Part shown: piece by piece, positions 43,401-54,238 of the stretch
Numbering within the stretch: the first letter of the stretch is position 1
How the letters are laid out: each line of letters opens with the position of its first letter
From: Euprymna scolopes
Taxonomy: Eukaryota
Strand: one strand, 5' to 3'
NCBI GenBank assembly: GCA_053919585.1
Contig: CM132826.1
DNA: 64,000 nucleotides
The notes under the pieces: model-generated
Database searches by the model: none
What the model saw: only the letters and a program-made list of their open reading frames with translations
Told to the model about the DNA's origin: nothing
Position numbers and translations under genes: made by a program

Positions 43401-44346
43401 TTCGATATTTTTTAATACTTTTTAGCAAAAGGAATTATGAAAACGGCGACCACTCTATTCTACGATTGATTGAGAATCATTAGGGACCTATTTGCATTAT
43501 CCTATTTTTAAAGCCATTTATATATCAATCATCACTGAATCTTTTTACTCTAATCTAACAATAATCTAATCCTATCCCAACCCTAACCTAACCCTAAACT
43601 AAGTTTTATTAGGTTGAGAAGAAAGTTCTTGCAGAATTTTTAATTATATTCCAAATGATATATTTTCAAATAAGTTACGTTATAATACCTTTATTTTATA
43701 TATAATTTTAAAGAGGTAGTTGTTGAATTGAATTGAGACCATTGTTGTAAGAAATCGAGTTTGAACCGCCCTTCCACCCACGTTGCCCCTCGCTGACTGA
43801 CTGAACTGTTTACGCGACTGTAATCTATGCTTTGTTAAAAAGGAAATATGTTCTTTTCTTTTCAGTTAACTGTACTGTAATATTGTAATCAAAAGTTTAT
43901 TTAACAATTAATCTTTATAAAAACAAGAATTTACAACTGGAGTTTATTTGGATTTTTTCCTAATGAATTCGTTTCTCAAGTGTCAAACGAATGCCATCAG
44001 TTGGAGTTGATTTCTTTCAGGAGACAGCAAGCAGAAAAAAGGGCGGCAAACCTATCGCCGGTTAAGACTGTAGCCCGTGGCACTCGTATTTCCCTGGAGA
44101 CTTTGAGTGTTTCGTTTCTTTTTCTTTTCCCTATTTTTGTTCTTTTACCTATGGTCTACTGTTGAAGCAAGTAATAACAGGAATCGCGCATAAATCTCGT
44201 CATCGCATAGGCGATCAAGGCCACATTGCTAAACTTTCTTAGGTGTTCCTAAATCAGAACCACCTAGAACTACATTTACGTACACCGAGTCTTCTTCTGT
44301 CACATTTGGTACCGTTTGACTGGGATACGATCCCCGCTCTTGACCT

Positions 44347-44970
44347 GTTACAGATGAAAAGTGGGTTCTTTACAAGAACCAGCGACGCTCAGCTCAGTGG
44401 TCAGACGCCGACAAAGCTCCACGGCACTTCCCGAAGCAAGAGTTGCACCAAAAAAGTAATGCTTACTGTTTGTTGATCTGAAACTTGTCTCATCCATTAC
44501 AATTTTTTGAATGAAGGCGAAACCATTACGGCGGAGAAGTATTGTCAACAAATAGATGAAATGCATCAGAGACTTCGACAATAGCACCCAGCATTAGTCA
44601 ACAGAAAAGGCTCAATTCTTCTCCACGACAATGCCCGACTGCACGTTGCTAAATCAACCCTACAGAAGTTAAACGAATTGAGCTACGAAACTCTACTTCA
44701 TCTGCCATACTCTCCAGACCTATCACCTACCGACTATCACTTTTTCAAGCATCTCGACAATTTTCCGCGTGAGAAATGGTTAAAAAATCTAAGAGATGTC
44801 ATAAAGGCCTTTAGCGATTTCATCGCCACCAGAACGCAAGATTTTTACGTTACTGGCATAAATATATTTGTTTTGCGTTGGCAAAAGTGTGTTGATTCTG
44901 ATGGTGCTTATTTCGATCAATAATTTTTTGTTTGAACTTCTGAATTTAAAAATTAAAAACCGCAAGAACT
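44347..44970 (+). mobile_element. Mariner (Tc1/mariner, D,D34D type) transposase 3' fragment with partial right TIR
   Basis: TDEKWVLY, LLHDNARLHVA, HLPYSPDLSPTDYHFF, RWQKCVDSDGAYFD, with stops and frameshifts. TIR-like AAAAACCGCAAGAACT at about 44955-44970. Confidence 0.93.
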
Positions 44971-45423
44971 GTGTGGTCTCATAAACGATGCATTAAATTT
45001 ACAAAATGTTGTACATTGTCATAAAGATTTATTTTCTGTTTTGAAATGCAATAAAGGGTTAACTTTAGTTGTGGAAAAAGTTGAGTTGTGAAATAAACGA
45101 TGGATTTCAGTTCGAAAAGGATGTGTGCCATCATAAAGCATGCATTTTAGTTGAAACGAATCCGGGTGGCCTCGGAAAAGATAAATTTCATTTTTGGAAA
45201 CTGTGTAACGCCATAACGAAAGAAAATTGTTTCGAAAATGCTGTGTCGCGTCAATTAAGCATGAATTCTTACTATAATGAAACTGCTGTTCTTAACAAAA
45301 GCTGTATGGCGTCAAAAGAATTAAATTTACTTTGGAAAAGCTGTCTGGCGTCATAAGGGTTAATTGTATTTTTAAAATGCTGTGCAGCCCCATAAATGAT
45401 GAATTTTATTTAGAAAAGCGTCG
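44966..45423. repeat. Diverged relic of the 40-bp satellite family (about 11 old units)
   Basis: For example TTGGAAAAGCTGTCTGGCGTCATAAGGGTTAATTG, AAAAGCTGTATGGCGTCAAAAGAATTAAATTT and CATAAATGATGAATTTTATTTAGAAAAG. Confidence 0.78.
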
Positions 45424-45446
45424 AGACAGAGCGAGTGGTCAGGTTT

Positions 45447-45590
45447 GTATATTAACATTATAAAGCATAATCATATTAGTTCTCATTAGATCACCGTAGT
45501 TAAGCAATGTTGAACCTGACCAGTACTAGATGAGTGACAATTTGGAAATACCAAGTGCTGTATGTATGAGGATGTCATCATTTCCTGCAG
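45447..45590 (+). mobile_element. 5S rRNA-derived degenerate head (SINE3-like or 5S pseudogene), copy 1
   Basis: GTTCTCATTAGATCACCGTAGTTAAGCAATG..CAGTACTAGATGAGTGAC..TTGGAAATACCAAGTGCTGTA follows the 5S A-box/IE/C-box layout. Confidence 0.8.
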
Positions 45591-46804
45591 CTCCTGCATT
45601 TCATCTGGTCTCCAGCTATCTCGATTGTCCTTCCGCAGGATCAGACTGGTTGGTACAAGAGAGTGAGGCTTACTCTGCGCAAATCAATCTCACTTTAAAC
45701 AAACTCCCATCCATCTCTCATCATATGCTCTTCGTTATTCCGACGGACGAACCGCTTTATATTAACATAACAACTAAAATGAGGCGCAGAGAAAAAGTGA
45801 GAGAGCTATTCAAGTAAACCCTACACAAGACAGGGCGAGTTCAAGTCGAATTAAATTAGTTCTATTATTTTACCTCGTGGTAAAATACCAGGTTGAGAAA
45901 CTGGCGCGGTCTATCCTTCTCTCGAGGGTAGATGGGACTCTCTTAAGCCGTGGTAGGCACACCATCTATAGCCCAGGCAAAGCATCAAGTATTCAGCTAC
46001 CGACAAGATTTGAATTATACTATAAATTCGTGTAGTGAGTTCAATCTCGGCTACGGCCACGCTGCATGGATGGATTATTTTGTGAAATTATATAGACACG
46101 CACGCACTTATCGTTCGGTAAATTTAAAATGTCTAGAATTTGCAGTAACAGTTTCTTTCCAATAACTTTTCATCGTTGGGACAATTTTCCAAATAATGTC
46201 CTCCCTGGAGGCTGCAATATGGTAATATTTCTCTAATCTGTCTGTATTTATATGGCAGGTGGTCAACCGGGCTTTAAGATCTGCTCCCTCTTCTGTAAAA
46301 TCTTCTATACTAGAACTTGTTTAGCTACTAATTATGTACAGAACTCCCCTCTTTTTCTATGTGTACCTAAATTCAAACAGAATTTTCATGAACATCCGTT
46401 TGTTTCCAAAACTTTTCCACCCGTGGAACACATTATCTCGGGAATATTTCCTTACAGACTGTAATATAGGAATTTTCAGTTTCATGATGTCAACAAATAT
46501 CTATTAAGTCCTCCTTTGAATTAATTACAGTTCTCAATCCGTTCATCTCAATCTGTTAAATTATCCAACATGAAATCTCACGAGTGGCTTTCGGCCTTGG
46601 TAGTTGTGTTCCGTAAGTATTAAATCAAATCTAACGTCGATAAATATTTGCCATAAACCAACTTCATAGGTCATCAAATTTTATTATTCATTCGGTTATT
46701 TTCAATCCTGTCATGATATTCATCGTCTGTTAACCGACCATATATCCATCTCATTAAATCGATAAGCGGTGATAAGTAAATAAAAACAAAGAGAAAAGTT
46801 TAAT

Positions 46805-46886
46805 ACATCATCATCATTGTAATCATTATCATTGTAATCATCACCATTGTAATCATCATAATTGTAATCATCATCATTGTAATCAA
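46805..46886. repeat. Short minisatellite built on ATCATCATTGTAATC
   Basis: About 5 imperfect tandem copies at about 15-bp period. Confidence 0.85.
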
Positions 46887-47029
46887 CACGATTAGAATGT
46901 TTGATTACTTGAGAAAAGGAAGCCTTTCTTAATTTTCTTCCACTTTGTTTTGTACCTGGTTAAGCGTGGGACCCACTTGGTTATCAAGATCAACTCTCAC
47001 TGTTTTTGCATTGCAGAGTATTGTTACAA

Positions 47030-47410
47030 TATTTGAGTTGCTATAGCAATGTTAATCTCTCCTTCTTAGAAAGGCTTTAACCTCATAAGTTTCACACTAT
47101 CAGACACCAGCCCTTCTTCATCGCCGCAAAGTTGCATCTCTGTTGCTTTTTTACAAGTATTTTAACAGAATATGCTCCGATGAGCATGCCGCATTTATGC
47201 CCCTTCAACCTAACCCTAACCCTTTAACATAAACACCTGCGACTAATCCGACAAGGAACGCACTCTCACTCCTTCACTCTAGAGATATCCAAATGCCAGA
47301 AGGCTTTCTACTCGAATAGCTTGTATTTGGAATTCTCCATGCTCCCTGTTTTCCCGATTGTACTAAGATGCAGAGATTTGAATGTAATGTGCATAAACAT
47401 TTTCTCATTA
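47030..47410 (+). mobile_element. Highly degenerate 3' fragment of the same LINE family
   Basis: CATCGCCGCAAAGTTGCATCTCTG matches copy B CATCGTCGAAACGTTGCATCCCTC. TGCTCCGATGA and TTGGAATTC are also collinear. Confidence 0.7.
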
Positions 47411-47912
47411 AGATGTCTATAAATATTGACCATAATTCATATTAGCTTTTTAGGTTTCAGCTTATCTTTGTCTAGAGATGAAAATGAAGTTTCGGACATG
47501 AAGAATGATTCGTAGGGAGAAAGTTTTGAGATAATGTTCTGTAATTATTTTATTGTATCTTTATCTTTAAACATGCGTTTGATGTACAACTCCTGGTTGT
47601 ATGATGCTGTACTGTATTTTTTTTTTACTTCAATTCCTTAAGCTGACGATGAGATTCATTATCAACAAAATTCATATCGTCTCAGAAGCAATTGTACAAA
47701 ATTTTGTTGTTCATGCTAAATTCTTTAAGTGTCTGAAAATGATAATTTTATAATGTCGTTTACCTCATACATATATACATACATACATACATATATATAT
47801 ATATATGTCAATATATATATATATATATATATATACATACACACACACTAGACATTTTGCCGTAAAAAAAAAACAAGCAAAAGTTGATTAGGAATGTGTG
47901 TTTTATGTAAAA

Positions 47913-48368
47913 CTAGCATTTCAGCCCAGCGTTGCTCGGATGTTTGGATGTGTGTTTTGAGAAAAAAAAATAAAATAAAATAAAAAAAGGTGGCAGGCTT
48001 GAACCCGTACCGCGAAGGAGAAAAAGAACGGGGGAAAACCCTGAGGTCTTTGCTGTTACAACCACCGCCAAACCGGAAGTGACGTAGGTTTTAATTAAGA
48101 CTAGACAATCGAAAGGCGGGGATGACTTTCAAAAATATCGGCGAAAAAAGCGACCCCCCCCCTGTAGAAAAATGCCCAGTTAAAGGTAAAGATATTAATG
48201 TTTTTAGCAAATTTAATTGTCGTCTGAAAGGTCGAAATTCAAAACGATACTGATCTTGTAAAACCCGTCGCCTCTGTTGAAAGTTTTAGGCAGACATGCA
48301 AACATACATACATACATACATACATACATACATACATACATACATACATACATACACACATTTATATA
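47913..48368 (-). mobile_element. Non-autonomous Helitron-like element
   Basis: Minus-strand 3' end is a hairpin (CCGAGCAACGCTGGG) followed by CTAG|T. An (ACAT)n microsatellite and TTTATATA lie at the other end. Confidence 0.65.
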
Positions 48369-48508
48369 CTGGTAACTAAAAATTTTCAACCTAAACCGAT
48401 TAAAAAGCTTGCCCTATCTCTGAATACCCTTTATGTCAAATTTCAAATGTTTAAACCAGATTAATTTGGTAGAGACCGCAGAGGTCAACTGTTTTTAAAC
48501 TTTGAACC

Positions 48509-48690
48509 TTATCATGACTCCTTGACATTTATTGTTTTGGGCACAAATCAAGTTATTACGTTAGATCCATGTCCAAAGAACCTATATCAAAAATTTCACT
48601 CCTATTATGACCCCTTAACATTTATTGTTTTGGGCTCAAATCAAGTTATTTAGTTAGATACATGTCCAAGGAACGTATATCTAAAATTGC
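48509..48690. repeat. Direct tandem duplication of about 94 bp
   Basis: CATTTATTGTTTTGGGC.CAAATCAAGTTATT..GTTAGAT.CATGTCCAA at about 48526 and 48619. Confidence 0.85.
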
Positions 48691-49097
48691 AATTGTTTAT
48701 ACCCAAAATTTGGAGGTAGGACTGGCTTAACATGTACCTGCACGAATTCTGAAGTCGCATATGTCTAATAGGAATATATCGACAAGCGCATCCGAGCGTT
48801 TGAAGAATACGTCCAGACTTTTAGTGAGCACATCCGGGCACTCATCGATCCACGAGTGGGAAATCGGATGGCATTTGCTCACCAATAAATTGTGCGGAGA
48901 TGCCTATTGGGACAGTTGCTTTCGTATTATACATAGGGTCCGCTCCAAATATCTACTGAATATCTTGGAGGCCTTGAGTGTCGCGATGCGCAAACCCTCG
49001 CTCTGTAGGCAGAAAAAGCTCTCCCACAAATATATATATATATATATATTTTCTGTAGACTGTTTTTGAACCCAGTCAACGACGGGTGCTTCTGCCA

Positions 49098-49180
<83 letters not shown>

Positions 49181-49184
49181 AATA

Positions 49185-49310
49185 GCCGTATAGTGTAATG
49201 CTGAGAAGCCTTGACTGTCATTTGGGCGGTCAGGTTTCGATCCTGGCTTGAGGCAGTTTCCTAGCCGTACTGATGAGCTGTGAAACAGCGAGACAGTACT
49301 CTATGTGGAT

Positions 49311-49313
<3 letters not shown>
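49185..49313 (+). mobile_element. tRNA-headed hammerhead SINE, copy 1 (core mutated)
   Basis: TAGTGTAATG..GACTGTCAT..GGTTTCGATCC, then CTGATGA-GCTGTGAAACAGC-GAGAC-AGTACT-CTA-TGTGGATGAC-(TA)n. Confidence 0.85.
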
Positions 49314-49381
<68 letters not shown>

Positions 49382-49382
<1 letters not shown>

Positions 49383-51357
49383 TGGCAGAAGCACCCGTCG
49401 TTGACTGGGTTCAAAAACAGTCTACAGAAAATGGACTGTGATTGATGAAAGTATGATAGGCTATAAAAAGGAGGGGGTTGTAAAGAGATAGGTTTTTAAA
49501 CTCAAAACTTTTACCCCCAAGCAAAATATGATGAAAGTAAAGATAGTTTTCGCGTAAATATATTTTTATATCAACTTTGTTTCCGTTCATAGCCAAGAGT
49601 GACCAACAAAATGATGTTTCCTTACAAATAGAAAATGCTATACATATAATGATATAAATATACAAGAAATAAATGTTACCATAGTCAATAAAAATTACTT
49701 TTATGGTAGAAAAGTTCATTGGTTTGTATTTTTAAGTAGTTTTTAAAAAGAATTGTATTTTTAATTCACGAATCGGTTTTAAAAAAATCAAAATGGCAGC
49801 GACTTTGAAATGGAGAGCCCCGTTTTCAATTTGAAGGAGGGCACCTGAGCATTTTGTGTTAACAATTTAAGGGAGTTCCGTCAACGTAAGGAATATTTAT
49901 ACGCATATTTTAATGTTTTCAGTTATTTTGTGCTTGAGGAATATTCGATTATGGCATGTGTAGTTTATATAAAAATTCATTTAAATAGTTATCGCCTAAA
50001 ATTTCGTTTTAATTTCGGTTCACTGAAATTATTTCAATTAAAGAGCATTAAAAACTATTTCAAAACAAAAGAAAAAACATGAACTGAACTTTTATTGACT
50101 ATGGTAACATTTATTTCTTGTATATTTATTTTTTCGGGTAGTCGTTTGTTGGCTTTTCTGTTAAACACTCTTACTAAATAATATCGACGAAATATCGAAA
50201 AACAAAGAAACAAAAACAGTTTTGAAAAATAATGAAGCTTTACTTACTTTAGTAAAATAATCCGAAACAGAAAAATAGGATATTAAAAAAGTAAACACGT
50301 AATTACTTTAAAAAGCAAAGAATCGATATAAATATGAATGAGAAGAAAGTAGAACAGTTCGTTTCAGTTGTACAGTATTGAACGGTATAGTATTACGCCG
50401 TCGGATTCAGGGCTGTAATATTGTAATGTAAAGAACACGCAGAAAGAGTTGTAATAAACTGAATTCCTTCTAGTACATTGACAAAAAAAGCTTAAACAGA
50501 TATATAAATAAAAATAAAAAGGTTATGTAAATGTTTTTAAAAAGACACGTAATAAAGTGAGCAGGATTTTTTCCTTCTTTTTACAATATAACAAGTAACG
50601 TTCTTATTTTTTATTATTTATCTATTTTAAAAGAGTGCCACGTGCAAATGGAGAAGGAAAAAAACAGAGTTATGCAAAATTTGTGTCGAGAATTGTCTAA
50701 AGTTCCGACTTTTCTTTTTTTGACTTTCACTTTAATAAGAACACGAATTTATGAGGTGAATTTATTCGACACAATATGATTCAACTCAAAAAAAAAATAT
50801 AAAAGCTAACGTGAATTAAGATTAAAGTTAAGGTGTTATTGTCGACCCTCGCCCCTTTTAAAAAACCTTGTTAAACTTTGTGACATATTTACATTCTATG
50901 GAGGCCAGGCGCGAAAGAACACCCAATAATTTTATTATACCATATTTGTTTAAACTGAAACATAATTATCAACATATACTTACGCAAATAGATATGAAAA
51001 GTCTTTGTTAATGTTTGTGCCATATTTCCATGGAGTACAGGCGCGAACGCAGACCCCACAATTTTATTATACCATTCCTATTTAAGTTGAAACATACTAT
51101 CAAAGTATTCTTATGTACATCTATATCAAAAACCATTGTAAACGTTTTTATTTTCATTTTTTATTTCCATACTTTGTTAACCAGGCGCGAACGCAGACCC
51201 CACAATTTTTATGAACCATCGTTTTGCCAGATCAAACATGCCCATTCTTGATCCTCGATACATCTTCTATCATTATATGTAATCAGTTTTTTTTTAAATA
51301 GTCAACTATATAGGAGCCTATTCGTGACCAGACATACACACACACACAGACGTTCAG

Positions 51358-51370
<13 letters not shown>
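49382..51370 (-). mobile_element. About 2-kb non-autonomous Helitron-like element inserted in (TA)n
   Basis: Minus-strand 3' end ACCCAGTCAACGACGGGT hairpin plus CCAG|T. The other end is CAGACATACACACACACACAGACGTTCAGCTTTATATA. Internal repeats CAGGCGCGAA..CCC..AATTTT at about 50906, 51038 and 51182. Confidence 0.6.
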
Positions 51371-51432
<62 letters not shown>

Positions 51433-51449
51433 ATAGTAATCATTAAATA

Positions 51450-51495
51450 CCTACAGACACTAGTGTTTCATCCTTTCGGGAATCATCAGTGCAGG
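51450..51495 (-). ncRNA. Type I hammerhead ribozyme, second family
   Basis: Minus strand CCTGCA-CTGATGA-TTCCCGAAAGGAT-GAAAC-ACTAGT-GTC^TGTAGG. Stem I is CCUGCA/UGUAGG and stem III is the palindrome ACACTAGTGT. Confidence 0.8.
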
Positions 51496-51918
51496 GTGTC
51501 ACGATTCGAACCCGGCAACAAAGCCATCTATGACTCCGTTAGCAAAATTATTTTCCTAAATCTGTCGATATTATGCCTGATTTTTTATTTAATATCCTAA
51601 TATTGGCGACATTTTTCTTTTCTTTTTCCATTTCTCCACCCCATGTTGTAAAAAATTAGTTTAAACGATAGTTATTAATATTTTGCTTTTGTTAATCGTA
51701 TTCGCCGATGTCGTTTTTTTTCTTGATAATGTATCGGTCGAAAGACGTCTCGAGTTTATATTTTAATAGATTTATTTTCTTTTTTAATCGTTAATTTATT
51801 CTTAAATCGTTTTTATCAACGTCTTTTGTGCTTCCCCCTCGACTTTCTATATGATTCTTTCTCAACTCAACATGACTCCAGCTATTTTGTATAAAACTAA
51901 TATATATATATATATATA

Positions 51919-51973
51919 GTCATCCACATACAGTACTGTTTCGCTGTTTCACAGCTCATCAGTGCGGCTAGAC
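51919..51973 (-). ncRNA. Type I hammerhead ribozyme, predicted cleavage between 51929 and 51928
   Basis: All core nucleotides present (CUGAUGA, GAAA, GUA). Stem I CCGCA/UGUGG plus GUC/GAC beyond an internal loop, stem II GCUGU/ACAGC, stem III ACAG/CUGU. Confidence 0.88.
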
Positions 51974-52052
51974 AGGCAACTACCTCAAGCCAGGATTGAA
52001 CCCTACCGTTTGCACGGCAGTCAAGGCTCCTAACCATTACGCTATTGACGGC
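51919..52052 (-). mobile_element. tRNA-headed hammerhead SINE, copy 2 (intact core)
   Basis: Minus strand GCCGTCAATAGCGTAATGGTTAG (A box)..GGTTCAATCC (B box)..GTCTAGCCGCA-CTGATGA-GCTGTGAAACAGC-GAAAC-AGTACT-GTA^TGTGGATGAC-(TA)n. Confidence 0.9.
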
Positions 52053-52096
52053 TGCTTGAACGAGTAGTGAGTTTAACGATATTTTGATATCGTCTG

Positions 52097-52158
<62 letters not shown>

Positions 52159-52191
52159 TTATAATGGAATAATAAAAATGTAATTTCCATG

Positions 52192-52257
<66 letters not shown>

Positions 52258-52370
52258 TAAGCTATTAAGCGAATCCCACTATTAATTTGTTTGTAAACAA
52301 GCTGATGGTTAGAGCACTTTTGCGGCTGGTGAGTGTGGATTTAATACACACTCAAGCACTGATTCGTATC

Positions 52371-52487
52371 CTGTTGGTGAGAGCTGCCGACTGTCAATGC
52401 GACGGTTGTAGGTTCGATCCTCGGCTGGGGAAAAGTTTATGTCTAGCCGCACTGATGAGTTGTGATACAACGAAACAGTAATGTGGA
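52371..52487 (+). mobile_element. tRNA-headed hammerhead SINE, copy 3 (variant subfamily; CTGT of stem III deleted)
   Basis: TGGTGAGAGC..GACTGTCAA..GGTTCGATCC..GTCTAGCCGCA-CTGATGA-GTTGTGATACAAC-GAAACAGTA-ATGTGGA. Confidence 0.85.
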
Positions 52488-52837
52488 AGAGAAACTGTCA
52501 TTGTTCCCATTTACCTTGTCCTTTTTCAGCCAAAATTTTTTCGAACGTTTATTTTTTTTTCATGAAATTTGCTTCTCATAAAATCCAATAATATAATTGA
52601 ACAATCTCTCGACATGTGTCGCTTGTGAAATAATATTGAATTCTAATGCTTTCACCGTGCAAACTTTCGCACATTTAAGTATGTATTCTCTTTTTTTCAT
52701 CAGTTGTCTGAGAAAACAAAACAGAAAAACAACGAAATAAATTGGCCAGTTTGTTGTAGATCAAACTAGCCCATGTACCCAGCGTTGGCTGGCTATCAAA
52801 TAGATTATATAGCTTTTACATTATTATTAATTATTAG

Positions 52838-52978
52838 TTGTCTGAATAATCACGTTGCCACATCGGATTTCGTAAGATCACCGAAGTTAAGCAATGTGGG
52901 ATCTTGTCAGTACCAGACTGGTGACCAATTTGGGAATACAAGGCGCTGTATGTAGGAGGACGTCGACGTCTCCCTGCA
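52838..52978 (+). mobile_element. 5S rRNA-derived degenerate head (SINE3-like), copy 2
   Basis: CATCGGATTTCGTAAGATCACCGAAGTTAAGCAATG..CAGTACCAGA..GTGACC..TGGGAATACAAGGCGCTGTA. Confidence 0.82.
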
Positions 52979-53547
52979 AACGTTGCAAAAACCTAACGTC
53001 TTCATCTCCTCTGATGGTGATATAGTTGCAACTAGTTGCTTGTAAATTTAATATTCCCATGAAACTTCCTCTTTCAGATGAAGCCGATTGAACCCACCTA
53101 GGGTTAGTGCTGCAGTTTCATTACATTTTTTTTATTCTCCCGATTTCCATTGCTCTCCACCTTTTTTGATAAACATTAAAAATCACTTTGCGTTATTGCA
53201 ACAGCCACTTTCAATTGATTTCTTGCTGACAATGACCATTGGTTTTCTATGGATTTTGGGTGGCAATAAGCCTCTCCAAGGTTCCCGTACTATCTGCACT
53301 CTTCCAAGTGCTTTTTTTTTCTTCCTTTGTAACTCTTCGCGACTATTGTGTGTGGTCTCACAGCCATGACTGCGACCTTCTATTTTTTTAGGATGAAAAG
53401 TTTATTTCTCACAGTTTCAATTCTCTTGGGCTCGAGTGGTGTTCCCGTCCATGATTTTTTTCTATTTCTATTGTTGGCTGATTAGTGTTCGTAGTTGACT
53501 TGGTTTCTGCAATCGAGAATCTTTTTTTAAGATTTCAATACTACTAC

Positions 53548-53582
<35 letters not shown>

Positions 53583-53852
53583 ACAGAAACAATACATGTT
53601 GGTATAGCAGTATCAGCTGATGTAAATGCGATGGAAAACTTAAATCCTAATATATGAATTATCGTGGTAGATTTTGAAAGTGAGATTTAAAGAGAAATCC
53701 GCCAAGCATATTGATGTTTGATTCGGACTAGTCAATTTTTTGTCTTTTTCCCCCAATGTGTTATTGGCACGTATATATGCTATTTTGTTTTATTCTTATT
53801 CTGGGGGAAAAACTGTGATAGTCAAGATAGTTTTCTTTACTCTTCGAAAGGT

Positions 53853-53899
<47 letters not shown>

Positions 53900-54084
53900 C
53901 TCGCCTCCATATTATTACTTGTTCATTAATAAAAATTCATTAAAATCAAGTTGTAAAACAAACTTTTAAAAAATTCTATTTCACAAAGTAATTTAATTAC
54001 AAAGTTAATGTCGCCGAAATTAATTTCCGTTTCTACGTTAAGTCATAAGACTTTTTTCTATTTTTCTTTGTAAACGTCGAATAG

Positions 54085-54167
<83 letters not shown>

Positions 54168-54170
<3 letters not shown>

Positions 54171-54224
54171 ATCCAGATTACAGTACTGTTTCGTCGTATC
54201 ACAACTCACCAGCTGGAGCTGCTT
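54168..54224 (-). mobile_element. Hammerhead SINE, copy 4 (internally deleted)
   Basis: Minus strand AAGCAGCTCCAG-CTGGTGA-GTTGTGATACGAC-GAAAC-AGTACT-GTA-ATCTGGATTAC-(TA)n. Confidence 0.75.
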
Positions 54225-54238
54225 GTTTATTTACGAAC

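Noticed and set aside
43560-43605. Telomere-like CCCTAA/CCTAA repeats (also near 47208-47225)
   Set aside because: Only 2-4 imperfect units, which are common inside transposon remnants.
47643-47700. Possible hammerhead CTGACGA-TGAGA..TCTCA-GAAG-CAATTG-TA
   Set aside because: GAAA is mutated and no stem I forms. At best a dead remnant.
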